A stretch of 64,000 nucleotides of DNA from IMG/VR virus record IMGVR_UViG_3300044971_002889; one strand, given 5' to 3'. The position numbers were made by a program, and so were the translations under genes. Position 1 is the stretch's first letter. Each line of letters begins with the position of its first letter. Below the pieces are notes generated by a model. That model was not told the origin of the DNA. It ran no database searches and saw only the letters and a list, made by a program, of their open reading frames with translations. This document shows positions 1 to 8,951 of the stretch, in pieces. Origin of the DNA: a virus.

Positions 1-19
1 GCATATGCCCCCCTTTTTT

Positions 20-517
20 TTATTTCGTATTCAGATATTTAATTACTTCTTCTGGAGTAGAATTTACATAAGGATCGTCTTCTGCATTAGAACGCTGTCC
101 AGGTTCTACAGACATCCATTCAATTACACCATCATTAATTACTGCAGCATAACGCCAAGAACGATTGCCAAATCCAAGATTGTTTTTCGATACAAGCATT
201 CCCATCTCACGAGTAAACTCAGCATTGCCATCAGGAATTAACTTAACCTTTTCAATTCCTTGGTCTTTTGCCCAGGCATTCATTACAAATCCATCATTAA
301 CAGAAATGCAATAAATCTCATCAATTCCCTTCTCTCGGATTACATCATAGTTATCTTCAAATCCAGGAAGTTGATAAGCACTGCAGGTAGGAGTAAATGC
401 TCCAGGGAGTGAGAAAATTACAACTCTCTTATTAGAAAAAATTTCAGTAGAAGAACGGGTCACAAATTCTCCATTCTCACGAAATACAAAATTAATAGCA
501 GGAACTTGATTATCCAT
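20..517 (-). CDS. Peroxiredoxin (PRX5/type II family)
   Basis: SLPGAFTPTCS peroxidatic motif, CISVNDGFVMNAW, RSWRYA. Confidence 0.92.
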   Translation of the reverse strand: MDNQVPAINFVFRENGEFVTRSSTEIFSNKRVVIFSLPGAFTPTCSAYQLPGFEDNYDVIREKGIDEIYCISVNDGFVMNAWAKDQGIEKVKLIPDGNAEFTREMGMLVSKNNLGFGNRSWRYAAVINDGVIEWMSVEPGQRSNAEDDPYVNSTPEEVIKYLNTK

Positions 518-529
518 ATAAATTAAAAA

Positions 530-649
530 TCAAAAAATACCAGGAATAATTTGTCCAGTTGTGATGTAAGTGCCAACAGCAATTACAAATCCAAGCATAG
601 CGAGACGAGCATTAAGAATCTCAGCCTCAGGGGTCCATCCAAATTTCAT
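530..649 (-). CDS. hli: High-light inducible protein (39 aa, not in ORF track)
   Basis: Manual translation [39 protein letters not shown]; AExxNxRxAMxGF chlorophyll-binding motif and TGQIIPGIF tail. Confidence 0.93.
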   Translation of the reverse strand: MKFGWTPEAEILNARLAMLGFVIAVGTYITTGQIIPGIF

Positions 650-957
650 TTTGTTTCTCCTTTGTAAGAATGTTGTTGTTTAAGTTCAGTATTGGGTTGA
701 GAAGGAACTACAGGGTTCCTTGATTTATTTTTAATAACAATGAAAGCATCGTTCTGATATGTTACGGTTCCAAATGGTTTTGCCCATTTTGGATTTGCAT
801 CTGGATGAGTTGCAGTTCCTGTAACTGCAACGCCACCAATTTCTACAGAGAGTTCATCGTTGGCATCCCATCCAAGTTTTTCAAGGGCAATTGCAAATTG
901 CCCGAGCATACCACCAGTACCCATAACACTTTCTTCTGGTTCAAGATTTCCAATCAC
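646..957 (-). CDS. Hypothetical cyanophage protein
   Basis: 103 aa ORF packed between petF and hli with overlapping start/stop. Confidence 0.65.
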   Translation of the reverse strand: MIGNLEPEESVMGTGGMLGQFAIALEKLGWDANDELSVEIGGVAVTGTATHPDANPKWAKPFGTVTYQNDAFIVIKNKSRNPVVPSQPNTELKQQHSYKGETK

Positions 958-1244
958 AAGTTCTCTTCCTGCTCAGTCAGAATAACACAGTCACTAGTAG
1001 GATAGGCAACACAGGTAAGCACCCAACCATCTGCTAGTTGTTCATCATCAAGGAACGATTGCTCCTCATTATCCACAGTGCCGCTGATTAGTTTACCAGC
1101 GCAAGCAGAGCAAGCACCAGCACGGCAAGATGAAGGAAGATCAACTCCTGCCTCTTCAGCAGCTTCTAGAATGTATTGGTCTTCGGCACACTGGATAGTG
1201 GTTTCGCCATCAGGGGTTTGAAGTGTAACGCTATAAACGGTCAT
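954..1244 (-). CDS. petF: Plant-type [2Fe-2S] ferredoxin
   Basis: [13 protein letters not shown] ... VLTCVAYP. Confidence 0.96.
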   Translation of the reverse strand: MTVYSVTLQTPDGETTIQCAEDQYILEAAEEAGVDLPSSCRAGACSACAGKLISGTVDNEEQSFLDDEQLADGWVLTCVAYPTSDCVILTEQEENL

Positions 1245-1330
1245 CAGTAAGTCTCACAAAGTTTTTCTACGGATGCTGCCAGAAGAACGAAAAAGGCAAC
1301 ACTAGTAATTGTAAAGATAGTTGAAGTCAT
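1244..1330 (-). CDS. 28-aa single-TM micropeptide
   Basis: Manual translation [28 protein letters not shown]; its TGA overlaps the petF ATG (TGATG). Confidence 0.55.
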   Translation of the reverse strand: MTSTIFTITSVAFFVLLAASVEKLCETY

Positions 1331-1343
1331 TGTCAATCAATTG

Positions 1344-1538
1344 TCAGAAGATGCCGAAGAAGAGTTTGCCAGTGCCAACATAAGAAATGAGACCAGCAAT
1401 AATACCGACCATTGCCCAGCGCCCATTGTACTTCTCCTTTACTTGGTTGGGAGTATCCATCCCATAGTTTTCGTAGTACATAGTGGGTTCTTTTGCCCAC
1501 ATGTTTTGCTGACCACGATCATTAGTTGTTACAGTCAT
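1344..1538 (-). CDS. hli: High-light inducible protein (64 aa)
   Basis: MTVTTNDRGQQNMWAKEP ... EKYNGRWAMVGIIAG ... TGKLFFGIF; start moved to the ATG at 1538, downstream of a promoter. Confidence 0.9.
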   Translation of the reverse strand: MTVTTNDRGQQNMWAKEPTMYYENYGMDTPNQVKEKYNGRWAMVGIIAGLISYVGTGKLFFGIF

Positions 1539-1547
1539 TGTACATTC

Positions 1548-1594
1548 GTTAAGAATTGTTACACAATTATATAGCAAAAATAAAGGGGTGTCAA
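1548..1594 (-). promoter_or_regulatory. Sigma70-type promoter for the hli-petF-hli-prx unit, with an HLR1-like direct repeat over the start site
   Basis: TTGACA (1594-1589), 17 bp, TATAAT (1571-1566); plus-strand GTTAAGAATT GTTACACAAT at 1548-1567. Confidence 0.8.
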
Positions 1595-1602
1595 GCACCC
1601 CC
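1576..1602 (-). terminator. Intrinsic terminator after the porin gene
   Basis: GGGGTG-CTTGA-CACCCC followed by TTTATTTTT. Confidence 0.7.
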
Positions 1603-1633
1603 TGTATCATATGATACTTATTTTGTCAGATGA

Positions 1634-3112
1634 TCAGAACCTGAAGGTCGTTTGAATCACACCACCATAGTTAGAAGATGCGTTCTTAAATGCCTGATTG
1701 TTAGAGACATAGAAGATTGCAGGAGTTACGCTAATATTATCGCTAACTTTGTAACGATAAAACGCTTCCCACATCAGAGCGTCTTTGGTCAGAGTAGTCG
1801 CGTTGCCAGGTTGACCGATGGCAAAACCAGAGGCATTGCCCTTAGCAAACACATCGCTCCACTGAACGCCTGCCATCCAAGTCTGAGAGTTGGTTGCAGC
1901 ATTAGGAGTTGCAGGACCACTCACATAGTTCCAACCATAAGCGGCAGAGACCGAAGGAATGATGCCAGACTTCTTGGGTTGCCAGTAAGCATTCAGAGCA
2001 TAACCATTAGAGGTTTGATTAGCGGCAAGAGTACCACCATTACCAGCAACACCGTTAAAGGTACGAATACGAGTGCCTTCAGTACCATTACGATAACCGA
2101 ATGCAATACCATACTGGGGAGCACGATAACCAATCTGTGCCAGAGTGTTCAGAGCACCAGAGGCATCAAATTCACCTTTGGTAGAATCAGAACCGTTCTG
2201 AGCAACATAGTTCAGGTTAGCAACAAAACCTTTCTTACCAGGTTGTGCCCACTGAGCACCGAAACCAGAACCCGTTGCCTTGTTGTAGACACCAGGAGCA
2301 CCAGCAACAGCAAAGAAGTCAAGAACATCCGACTTATATGCAGTGGGAATCCATGCCATCTCAGTGTTACGAACCAGAGCACCAGCAGTCAGGGTCACAC
2401 CCTTAGCAAGTGCGGGGAAGCTGTAGTACAGACGGTCAAGATTGACTTGGTTCGCATAAGATTCTGCCTTGTCCAGTTTGAACAGAGAAGAGGAAGAACC
2501 GAAGGGTTGACTGGAGAAGTTACCAGAACGCAGACGAGTACGAAGCAGGTCCTTACCAGTGAACGAAGTGTCAAAGTTCAGACGAAGATCGTAGTTGAAT
2601 GCAGTATTACCAACATTAGTATTATTAGCAAGACGAGCACCTTCTACACCACCAAGAACAAAAGTTGCTTCACCTTTCAGTTTGGTAGTTGTGGAGAACT
2701 GAGTTGCTTGGAGTTGACCAACTTGGGTTTCCAGTTTGGCAACACGACCACGAATAACAAGAAGTTCGTCAGCAAACTCTTTTGAGAGGCGAGAAAGTTC
2801 ATCAGTAACTTCAGTCACACGGTCAAGGCAAGCATTCAGAAGTGCTGCTGCCTCAAAACGGGTCATTGACTTACCACCAAGATAAGTTCCGTTTTCATAA
2901 CCAGCAACGCAACCATAACGCTCAACGAGATTATTGAGTGCCTGATATGCCCAATCAGTGGGTTTTACATCAGACAGTTGAGTAATGCTTGTGACTTGTT
3001 CCGAAGTGGAATATTGGTTGACTGCTGCCATATTAAGGTCTGCGGCATTCGCAGCAACAGGAGCAACCATTCCCATAGCAACAGGTGCAAGCATCAGTTG
3101 TTTGAGTTTCAT
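1634..3112 (-). CDS. Cyanobacterial outer-membrane porin (SomA/OprB-like, N-terminal SLH domain)
   Basis: Signal peptide, SLH motif SDVKPTDWAYQALNNLVERYGC, coiled coil, QFSTTTKLKGE, terminal QTTFRF. Confidence 0.92.
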   Translation of the reverse strand: MKLKQLMLAPVAMGMVAPVAANAADLNMAAVNQYSTSEQVTSITQLSDVKPTDWAYQALNNLVERYGCVAGYENGTYLGGKSMTRFEAAALLNACLDRVTEVTDELSRLSKEFADELLVIRGRVAKLETQVGQLQATQFSTTTKLKGEATFVLGGVEGARLANNTNVGNTAFNYDLRLNFDTSFTGKDLLRTRLRSGNFSSQPFGSSSSLFKLDKAESYANQVNLDRLYYSFPALAKGVTLTAGALVRNTEMAWIPTAYKSDVLDFFAVAGAPGVYNKATGSGFGAQWAQPGKKGFVANLNYVAQNGSDSTKGEFDASGALNTLAQIGYRAPQYGIAFGYRNGTEGTRIRTFNGVAGNGGTLAANQTSNGYALNAYWQPKKSGIIPSVSAAYGWNYVSGPATPNAATNSQTWMAGVQWSDVFAKGNASGFAIGQPGNATTLTKDALMWEAFYRYKVSDNISVTPAIFYVSNNQAFKNASSNYGGVIQTTFRF

Positions 3113-3137
3113 AAATTTGTTTTGATATTTTAGAACT

Positions 3138-3162
3138 AAAAAACGCCCTGTTTCCAGGACGC
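3138..3162 (-). terminator. Intrinsic terminator, probably ending the glycan operon
   Basis: GCGTCCTG-GAAA-CAGGGCGT plus T-run. Confidence 0.7.
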
Positions 3163-3166
3163 AAGC

Positions 3167-3195
3167 ATCATATAACACTTTCTTAAGATTGTCAA
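3167..3195 (-). promoter_or_regulatory. Sigma70-type promoter of the porin gene
   Basis: TTGACA, 17 bp, TATGAT. Confidence 0.7.
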
Positions 3196-3206
3196 TTAAA
3201 TTTAGG

Positions 3207-4016
3207 TTAAGACTTTAATCCGCTAGGGTCGCTTACCTTACCAAGGTAAGGATCATAATCAGTCAAATCTTTCACATCCATAGACGCACCCATTTGCTGC
3301 CACCAGGTCATAATTCCATCATGACTTTGACGATGAAATACATCAACATGCTCTGGATGAATGGATGACCCTAATTGTAGTCGATAAAGAAGTAGAGGAA
3401 TGGAATAGGTGTTACCAGAATTGTAAATGAGGTCATCAGCAACTGGTCTTGGTTTTACCCCATTATCCAGACGGTACTTATCAACACCTTTGACGTGGTG
3501 ATAAATCAGTTTTGATGCATGATGTCTAGTAATCATATAACAAGCCGTGGAGAAATCATTTACAAATCTCCTATGCAACTTAACATGAATGTCTCCTGTT
3601 TGAATAATTGCTAGTTGCACTACATCCCAATCATAGGGAAGCATAGATGCAAAATCATTCCAAGAAAAATTCCAGTATTGTACTACATCAAGATTACAAT
3701 CATCTTCCATGATAATTGCATAAGGACTGGTTGAATTATCATACCAATGTTTAATTGCTTTTAAATGTGATGTAATACACCCAACCTCTCCCGAAGACAT
3801 TGATTCTGGATATCTACCTTTAATAATATCACTTAAATCATCATCTCTACCATCATATGCAGAAATTCTGGTATAATCTTCTATTTCCCAATATTTAAAT
3901 TGGTCCTCTATATGTTGACGACGATCAGTATCTTCGTCCATATTCAAGTAATAAATGGGTCCAAACCCATTTAACTTATATGCAGATTTATTTTTATCTA
4001 ATAAAGTACTATGCAT
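3207..4016 (-). CDS. Glycosyltransferase family 25
   Basis: YYLNMD...RR, RISAYDG, GEVGCITSH, IIMEDD. Confidence 0.85.
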   Translation of the reverse strand: MHSTLLDKNKSAYKLNGFGPIYYLNMDEDTDRRQHIEDQFKYWEIEDYTRISAYDGRDDDLSDIIKGRYPESMSSGEVGCITSHLKAIKHWYDNSTSPYAIIMEDDCNLDVVQYWNFSWNDFASMLPYDWDVVQLAIIQTGDIHVKLHRRFVNDFSTACYMITRHHASKLIYHHVKGVDKYRLDNGVKPRPVADDLIYNSGNTYSIPLLLYRLQLGSSIHPEHVDVFHRQSHDGIMTWWQQMGASMDVKDLTDYDPYLGKVSDPSGLKS

Positions 4017-4959
4017 GACGTTCAATTACTTTTTCTACACTAGGGATGTAATACTTTTTAAGAACTTCTTTCCAGTCAAACTGTTTTGAATATTCTACAA
4101 TCTCATTTCTATGAGCAATAGAATATTCTCTGTTTTTAATTATAGCATTCTCAACATAATCAATATCGGTAATCTTTTCTTCTGGAATTACTGTAATAAA
4201 TTCTTTATCAGTATCAAGATTTGCTTTACCCCATTCACAAACAACTACTCCAAGTCCAGCAGCAAGTGCTTCCATACAAACAAGAGGATGTGCCTCTCCA
4301 TCTGAAAGAAGAACAAGATTACCATAATCAGTCAATTGATTATAAAGAGTCTCTTTTGACCACTCTCCCAAATAGTTTTTACTAGTATTAAATCTGCTAT
4401 CAGCGAGATTACCAGCAAACCAAAGACTATCAATTGATTGGAATAAATGTTGTCTTTTTCTATAATCAATCTTTGCAAGATATAAACTTCTATCGGGATA
4501 TTCTGGAGTATCTTTAAATGTAAACTTATCAGTATTGACCCCATTAGGTGTTATGTAAGTATTCTCTTTTGGAATATCAAACATAACATTATATACTTTC
4601 TCAATTCCTGGTGAGAGACAAAATACATTTGGTTTAATCCTCATGAATTCATTGGCAACATTAATGTAACCATTGAACATTTCTTTACGTTCTAGATATC
4701 CAAAATGACTTGTAATTGCATTTGGATATTGAATGTAAGGAACAATAGGAATAAATTCATCATAATGCACATGAACAAAGTCTGGTACAAATGCATTAAT
4801 CCCATTGATAATTTGACGATTATCTTTGGTATTAATAATTTGTACTTCATGACCCAGTTCTTCTAGGGCACATTTAGTATCCCAAACAAGAATCTCAACC
4901 GCACCCCAACCAGTTGGAGGGATCGGCATAATTCCAGGACCTATGAGAGTGATTTTCAT
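4009..4959 (-). CDS. GT-B glycosyltransferase (GT4-like)
   Basis: PPTGWGAVE, TPNGVNT, EAHPLVCMEALAAG. Confidence 0.85.
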   Translation of the reverse strand: MKITLIGPGIMPIPPTGWGAVEILVWDTKCALEELGHEVQIINTKDNRQIINGINAFVPDFVHVHYDEFIPIVPYIQYPNAITSHFGYLERKEMFNGYINVANEFMRIKPNVFCLSPGIEKVYNVMFDIPKENTYITPNGVNTDKFTFKDTPEYPDRSLYLAKIDYRKRQHLFQSIDSLWFAGNLADSRFNTSKNYLGEWSKETLYNQLTDYGNLVLLSDGEAHPLVCMEALAAGLGVVVCEWGKANLDTDKEFITVIPEEKITDIDYVENAIIKNREYSIAHRNEIVEYSKQFDWKEVLKKYYIPSVEKVIERHA

Positions 4960-5414
4960 TTTAATTTTTCGGGGTAATCTGTACAAATACCATAACAATT
5001 AGTAACTCTTAGGGTATCCCAAATCATATTATTCCATTCTGGCATAACAATAACAGTATTAGATGTATATGATTTACCAGGATACGCCCAGATATATTTT
5101 TTACTGGTGAGAGTATAATCATCCTCTTGATGCCAAAAATAATTGTATCCAGAGGTATTAACTGACATTTCATGAAGAGTATCTAAGTCTTTACAATGAA
5201 TCCAAAGACTATCAATTCTTGTTGCTAACCACCACCGAGTTACCAGATATTGAGGTTCATCATGACCTAACCATAAAGTATTAGTTGCTTTATGGTATCT
5301 TAGATCTATTTCAACATCATAACCCTGTTCTATACATTTGTCAATTTGTTCTGGACTATTTTCAATTGATGGATTTGGTCCATCAATATTAGCACGATGG
5401 GCAATTAGTTTCAT
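4956..5414 (-). CDS. GDPD/PI-PLC-like phosphodiesterase-fold protein
   Basis: MKLIAHRAN, ENS, DVEIDL, LGHD, WIHCK, GICTDY. Confidence 0.7.
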   Translation of the reverse strand: MKLIAHRANIDGPNPSIENSPEQIDKCIEQGYDVEIDLRYHKATNTLWLGHDEPQYLVTRWWLATRIDSLWIHCKDLDTLHEMSVNTSGYNYFWHQEDDYTLTSKKYIWAYPGKSYTSNTVIVMPEWNNMIWDTLRVTNCYGICTDYPEKLK

Positions 5415-5415
5415 A

Positions 5416-6162
5416 TCAACCTCTAATACAAGCAGCATCCATAGGACAAGGAGCAAGATCAGAGTGCTCAAACCATTTTAAAAATGATCCCATTTTAAAT
5501 GCTTCTGGAGATGGTTCCCAAATGTCTTCATAAACATCTTCAATATCATCAAATGCATTGAGTGCCCAAGTAAGATACTTAGGTCCAAAAAATTGAATTG
5601 TATCTGGAAATCTAGGATGATGTCCTGGTAGATAGAATTTGTATTTGTCGCAGGTATTAAGATCTGGGAAGTTAAGAAGAACAGTATCATATCTTGCAAG
5701 GACAATAAAATCATAGCTGGTATTTGTTTCCTCAGCGTATGATTTGACAATATTTGCAACAGATTTAATGGAATACATTTGGGACATTACATTACTGTAA
5801 TTTTTAGGATTCCAGTGATTACCACTCTCCCCATACAACTCTCTTGCTGGGTGTTTATTAGTAAACTTTTCATCAATGAATTCTTTTGCTTTTGAGGGTA
5901 ACTCAAAAGTTTTTGGACTTTCAATACCCAAAATCAATGGTTGATAATTATCAGCAATAATTTTAGGTGCATCTTTAGAAACAGGACACTTGTTTATTTT
6001 GGACCATGAGGAATAGTCATACTCTTCAGCATCTTCCTCCCACCACATATGCCCAAATACATCAGTATCATATCGGTCAAGAATTACTTCTTTGTAAGTA
6101 TCAATAATTTGTTGGTTGTCAACAAATCTAGGTTGCCCAAAAAATGCAAGTGCTACTTTCAT
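5416..6162 (-). CDS. Putative glycan-biosynthesis protein (GT-like), paralog of 7535-8239
   Basis: MKVALAFFGQPR, DVFGHMW, SQMYS, YDFIVLARYD; located in glycan operon. Confidence 0.6.
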   Translation of the reverse strand: MKVALAFFGQPRFVDNQQIIDTYKEVILDRYDTDVFGHMWWEEDAEEYDYSSWSKINKCPVSKDAPKIIADNYQPLILGIESPKTFELPSKAKEFIDEKFTNKHPARELYGESGNHWNPKNYSNVMSQMYSIKSVANIVKSYAEETNTSYDFIVLARYDTVLLNFPDLNTCDKYKFYLPGHHPRFPDTIQFFGPKYLTWALNAFDDIEDVYEDIWEPSPEAFKMGSFLKWFEHSDLAPCPMDAACIRG

Positions 6163-7535
6163 CAGACTTCTCCTTTATAATGTTCAAGGAAGTAGTTCAG
6201 GTCTTCTGGAGTACCAATACCCCACATACCAGACTTATCGATTTCTTTGATGCGGATTTTTTTACCATCACCAATCGCTTCATTAAATACTGGACAAACA
6301 TAATATTCATTATTAACACGAATATCTTTGGCAATCATTTGTTCTGCATACTTCACATAGTCAGAACCTTTCTTCCAATAGTAGATACCAACAGTGGCAT
6401 GTTCAGAAATTGGTTTCTTCTCAGCAACCTCCTCAACATAACCCTCTTCACCAAGTTTAGCATAAGACCACTTAGGATGAGTCGCTGGGAATGTAACAAT
6501 TCCACCATCAACTTCACCGTTCTGGAATGCATAAAGGGTTTCGTTGCTATCCCATTCCACAAACTGGTCCGAATTTGCCATTACAAGAGGTTCATCATTA
6601 TTGATAAACTCCTTTGCAAGAAGAGTGGTGCAGCAAGCACCTTCAGTTAGACCATCAACTTGAACAATATTGCATCCAGGAGCAATCAAAGGAAGTAGAT
6701 AGTTCAGATTATACTTTTCATAATGTTCCTTTTGAACAATAAAAGTATAATTTGCTTTGATGTTCAGGTTCTCAACAACCACTTGGATCATTGGTTTACC
6801 TTTAACTTCAATCAAAGGTTTAGGGAAGGTGTAACCCTGACTAGCAAACCTGCTACCAGCACCTGCCATAGGAATAAGAACATTCATTGTTTTACTCTCC
6901 CATGCAACTTTTTGTTTTGTACCATTCAGAATTTTTTTAATTCTATCAATCTTTACCTGATTGAGATCTTTACGATCTTCTACAGGAACTAAATGTGCCT
7001 TACTGTCAAGAGCACCTTGACGACCAATATGACTATCTTCGACAATCACGGTATCTGCAGGAAGTGCTCCAAGAGCAGTCATACACTTCCAATACATTGC
7101 TGGGAATGGTTTGTTGCGAACAACGTCTTCATTAGAGACGTACATATCCACAAATTCCAGAAGTCCAAGACGCAATAGAATAATCTTCACAGTATTCCTA
7201 ATACTATTAGATGCAACAGCAATCTTATATCCTGCATCTACAAGTTGTTGGAAGTACCCCATCAACTCATAATCCTTTGCAACGCAGTCGTTAAAAATCT
7301 TAAGTGTTGCTTCTTGCTTATCTCTCCAAATTGTATCATAAAGATCTACAGGAAGACCTTTATTCTTGGTTAAAAGTTCTAGTTTTGCTTTGGTAGGAAG
7401 ACCATCATAAATGCTAACATGCTCTTCTCTGCTGATAGCATACTCATCTCCAAGTGCTTGGTTTAATGCTTCATAATGATAATCTTTACTGTCGATTAAG
7501 ACTCCATCCAAATCAAAGATAACAAGTTTGGTCAT
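6162..7535 (-). CDS. HAD phosphatase fused to sugar nucleotidyltransferase
   Basis: N-terminal FDLDGVL...KP...VEDS; C-terminal IPMAGAGSRF...PKPLI...EKKPIS...GTPEDL. Confidence 0.88.
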   Translation of the reverse strand: MTKLVIFDLDGVLIDSKDYHYEALNQALGDEYAISREEHVSIYDGLPTKAKLELLTKNKGLPVDLYDTIWRDKQEATLKIFNDCVAKDYELMGYFQQLVDAGYKIAVASNSIRNTVKIILLRLGLLEFVDMYVSNEDVVRNKPFPAMYWKCMTALGALPADTVIVEDSHIGRQGALDSKAHLVPVEDRKDLNQVKIDRIKKILNGTKQKVAWESKTMNVLIPMAGAGSRFASQGYTFPKPLIEVKGKPMIQVVVENLNIKANYTFIVQKEHYEKYNLNYLLPLIAPGCNIVQVDGLTEGACCTTLLAKEFINNDEPLVMANSDQFVEWDSNETLYAFQNGEVDGGIVTFPATHPKWSYAKLGEEGYVEEVAEKKPISEHATVGIYYWKKGSDYVKYAEQMIAKDIRVNNEYYVCPVFNEAIGDGKKIRIKEIDKSGMWGIGTPEDLNYFLEHYKGEV

Positions 7536-8239
7536 TATTTTTTATCTCTCCAAAGTACATAGTGCCAGGGGTTTTTAGTGATGGGAAGATTATGCCTCTT
7601 TTGTGCATTAAATCCAATCAAACATTCAGGGTTGATTTCTGCACCCATCTCACATATTTCAACAAAGTTGTCATATACGTCAAAATATTTATCCATTAAC
7701 TCGGAAGACCCAAACGCAAAATGGTCGTTAATACCATGTTCCACATGTGCCCATTCGTTAAGAACATTCACAGTATTCAAATCATAGTTTGAAATGGGAC
7801 CAATAGGAGTATAGAAGTATTCGTCAGTTCTCAAACGGACAACACAATCATACTTGAAATCATTTTCTTCCTCATATTTTTTCTTAAGATTATTTGCTTC
7901 ACTCAGACTATAAAACATTGAGATAATATTATTGACTGGGTGAGGAAATCTAGGGTCTGGATGAATATCTTCTGCTTCAAATTCCTTTGGTTCTTCAAAG
8001 ACAAGACCTTTAGGTTGCCATTTATCAACCATAAAGTCTTTTAGGTCTGATTCCCAACGACCACGGTCCTTGTATTGATCCCAAAAATAAGTTCCAACCC
8101 ATGCCTCATCATACCAAATATGAGCAAATACATCAATCTCACAATCTGGGTTTGCTTCCCAAAAAGTTTGACGATGATTTTCATAACACTCCTTCAAATG
8201 CCTCGGTTGACCCGAGTAAATCATAGCAATTTTAGACAT
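7535..8239 (-). CDS. Putative glycan-biosynthesis protein (GT-like), paralog of 5416-6162
   Basis: IAMIYSGQPR, DVFAHIW, SMFYS, YDCVVRLRTD, NDHFAFG. Confidence 0.6.
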   Translation of the reverse strand: MSKIAMIYSGQPRHLKECYENHRQTFWEANPDCEIDVFAHIWYDEAWVGTYFWDQYKDRGRWESDLKDFMVDKWQPKGLVFEEPKEFEAEDIHPDPRFPHPVNNIISMFYSLSEANNLKKKYEEENDFKYDCVVRLRTDEYFYTPIGPISNYDLNTVNVLNEWAHVEHGINDHFAFGSSELMDKYFDVYDNFVEICEMGAEINPECLIGFNAQKRHNLPITKNPWHYVLWRDKK

Positions 8240-8951
8240 GATATTTACTATTATCTTTTGCTAGGTGTACAATTTTTGGTTCAAAGGTACATGCTTTGGC
8301 AAATACCTCTGGATAAGCAAGACTTGGAGATGCTACAAATACGTCTTCACGATTTTGAATATAAAATTTGTTTAGATGACTCTCATCATGCCAAGTTGCA
8401 ATAATATTATTTTTATAATCATCATCAATTCTCTGGTCAAGTTCTTTGATCATATCCATAACATATGGCAATTTACCTCCCCAAAGACATCCCTGAACAT
8501 AAACAGACAAGTCATCAGATTCTGTAACACAAGCTTTGGATAAAGGCGTTACGTCAAATGCACCAGGAAGTTCATCATGAGGTTGCATTTTTAAATAATG
8601 ACATGGATGATGAACACCAATGTATTTCTTGGTATCATCAAGTAAATCCTCAATGTTGACAGTATCAACAACTCTCATATCTGCATCCAAGAAAATTAAC
8701 CAATCACAATCTTGAATATCATCAAAACATTTTTGAATCATTTTGAATCTATACAAAGTAATAAATGGCCATTCTAGATGTTCTTGATGATATACAATGG
8801 CATTATCTGGAGATTCTGGAATCTCTCCATCCGTAAAAATTATATACTTTTTGTCTACATTTGGCAACAAAAACTTTTCACATCCTTCATACCACGCAGG
8901 CAAAAAGTTTAAATATTTTTCTGTTCCAATAAAAATAACAGCGACTTTCAT
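8232..8951 (-). CDS. Glycosyltransferase family 6 (ABO-type alpha-1,3-Gal/GalNAc transferase)
   Basis: FIGTEKY, IFTD, WPFITLYRF, FLDADM, QGCLWGG, WHDESHLNK, LAKD. Confidence 0.9.
   Translation of the reverse strand: MKVAVIFIGTEKYLNFLPAWYEGCEKFLLPNVDKKYIIFTDGEIPESPDNAIVYHQEHLEWPFITLYRFKMIQKCFDDIQDCDWLIFLDADMRVVDTVNIEDLLDDTKKYIGVHHPCHYLKMQPHDELPGAFDVTPLSKACVTESDDLSVYVQGCLWGGKLPYVMDMIKELDQRIDDDYKNNIIATWHDESHLNKFYIQNREDVFVASPSLAYPEVFAKACTFEPKIVHLAKDNSKYHV

Noticed and set aside
1652-2785. 377-aa plus-strand ORF
   Set aside because: Antisense shadow of the porin gene; biased composition and no motifs
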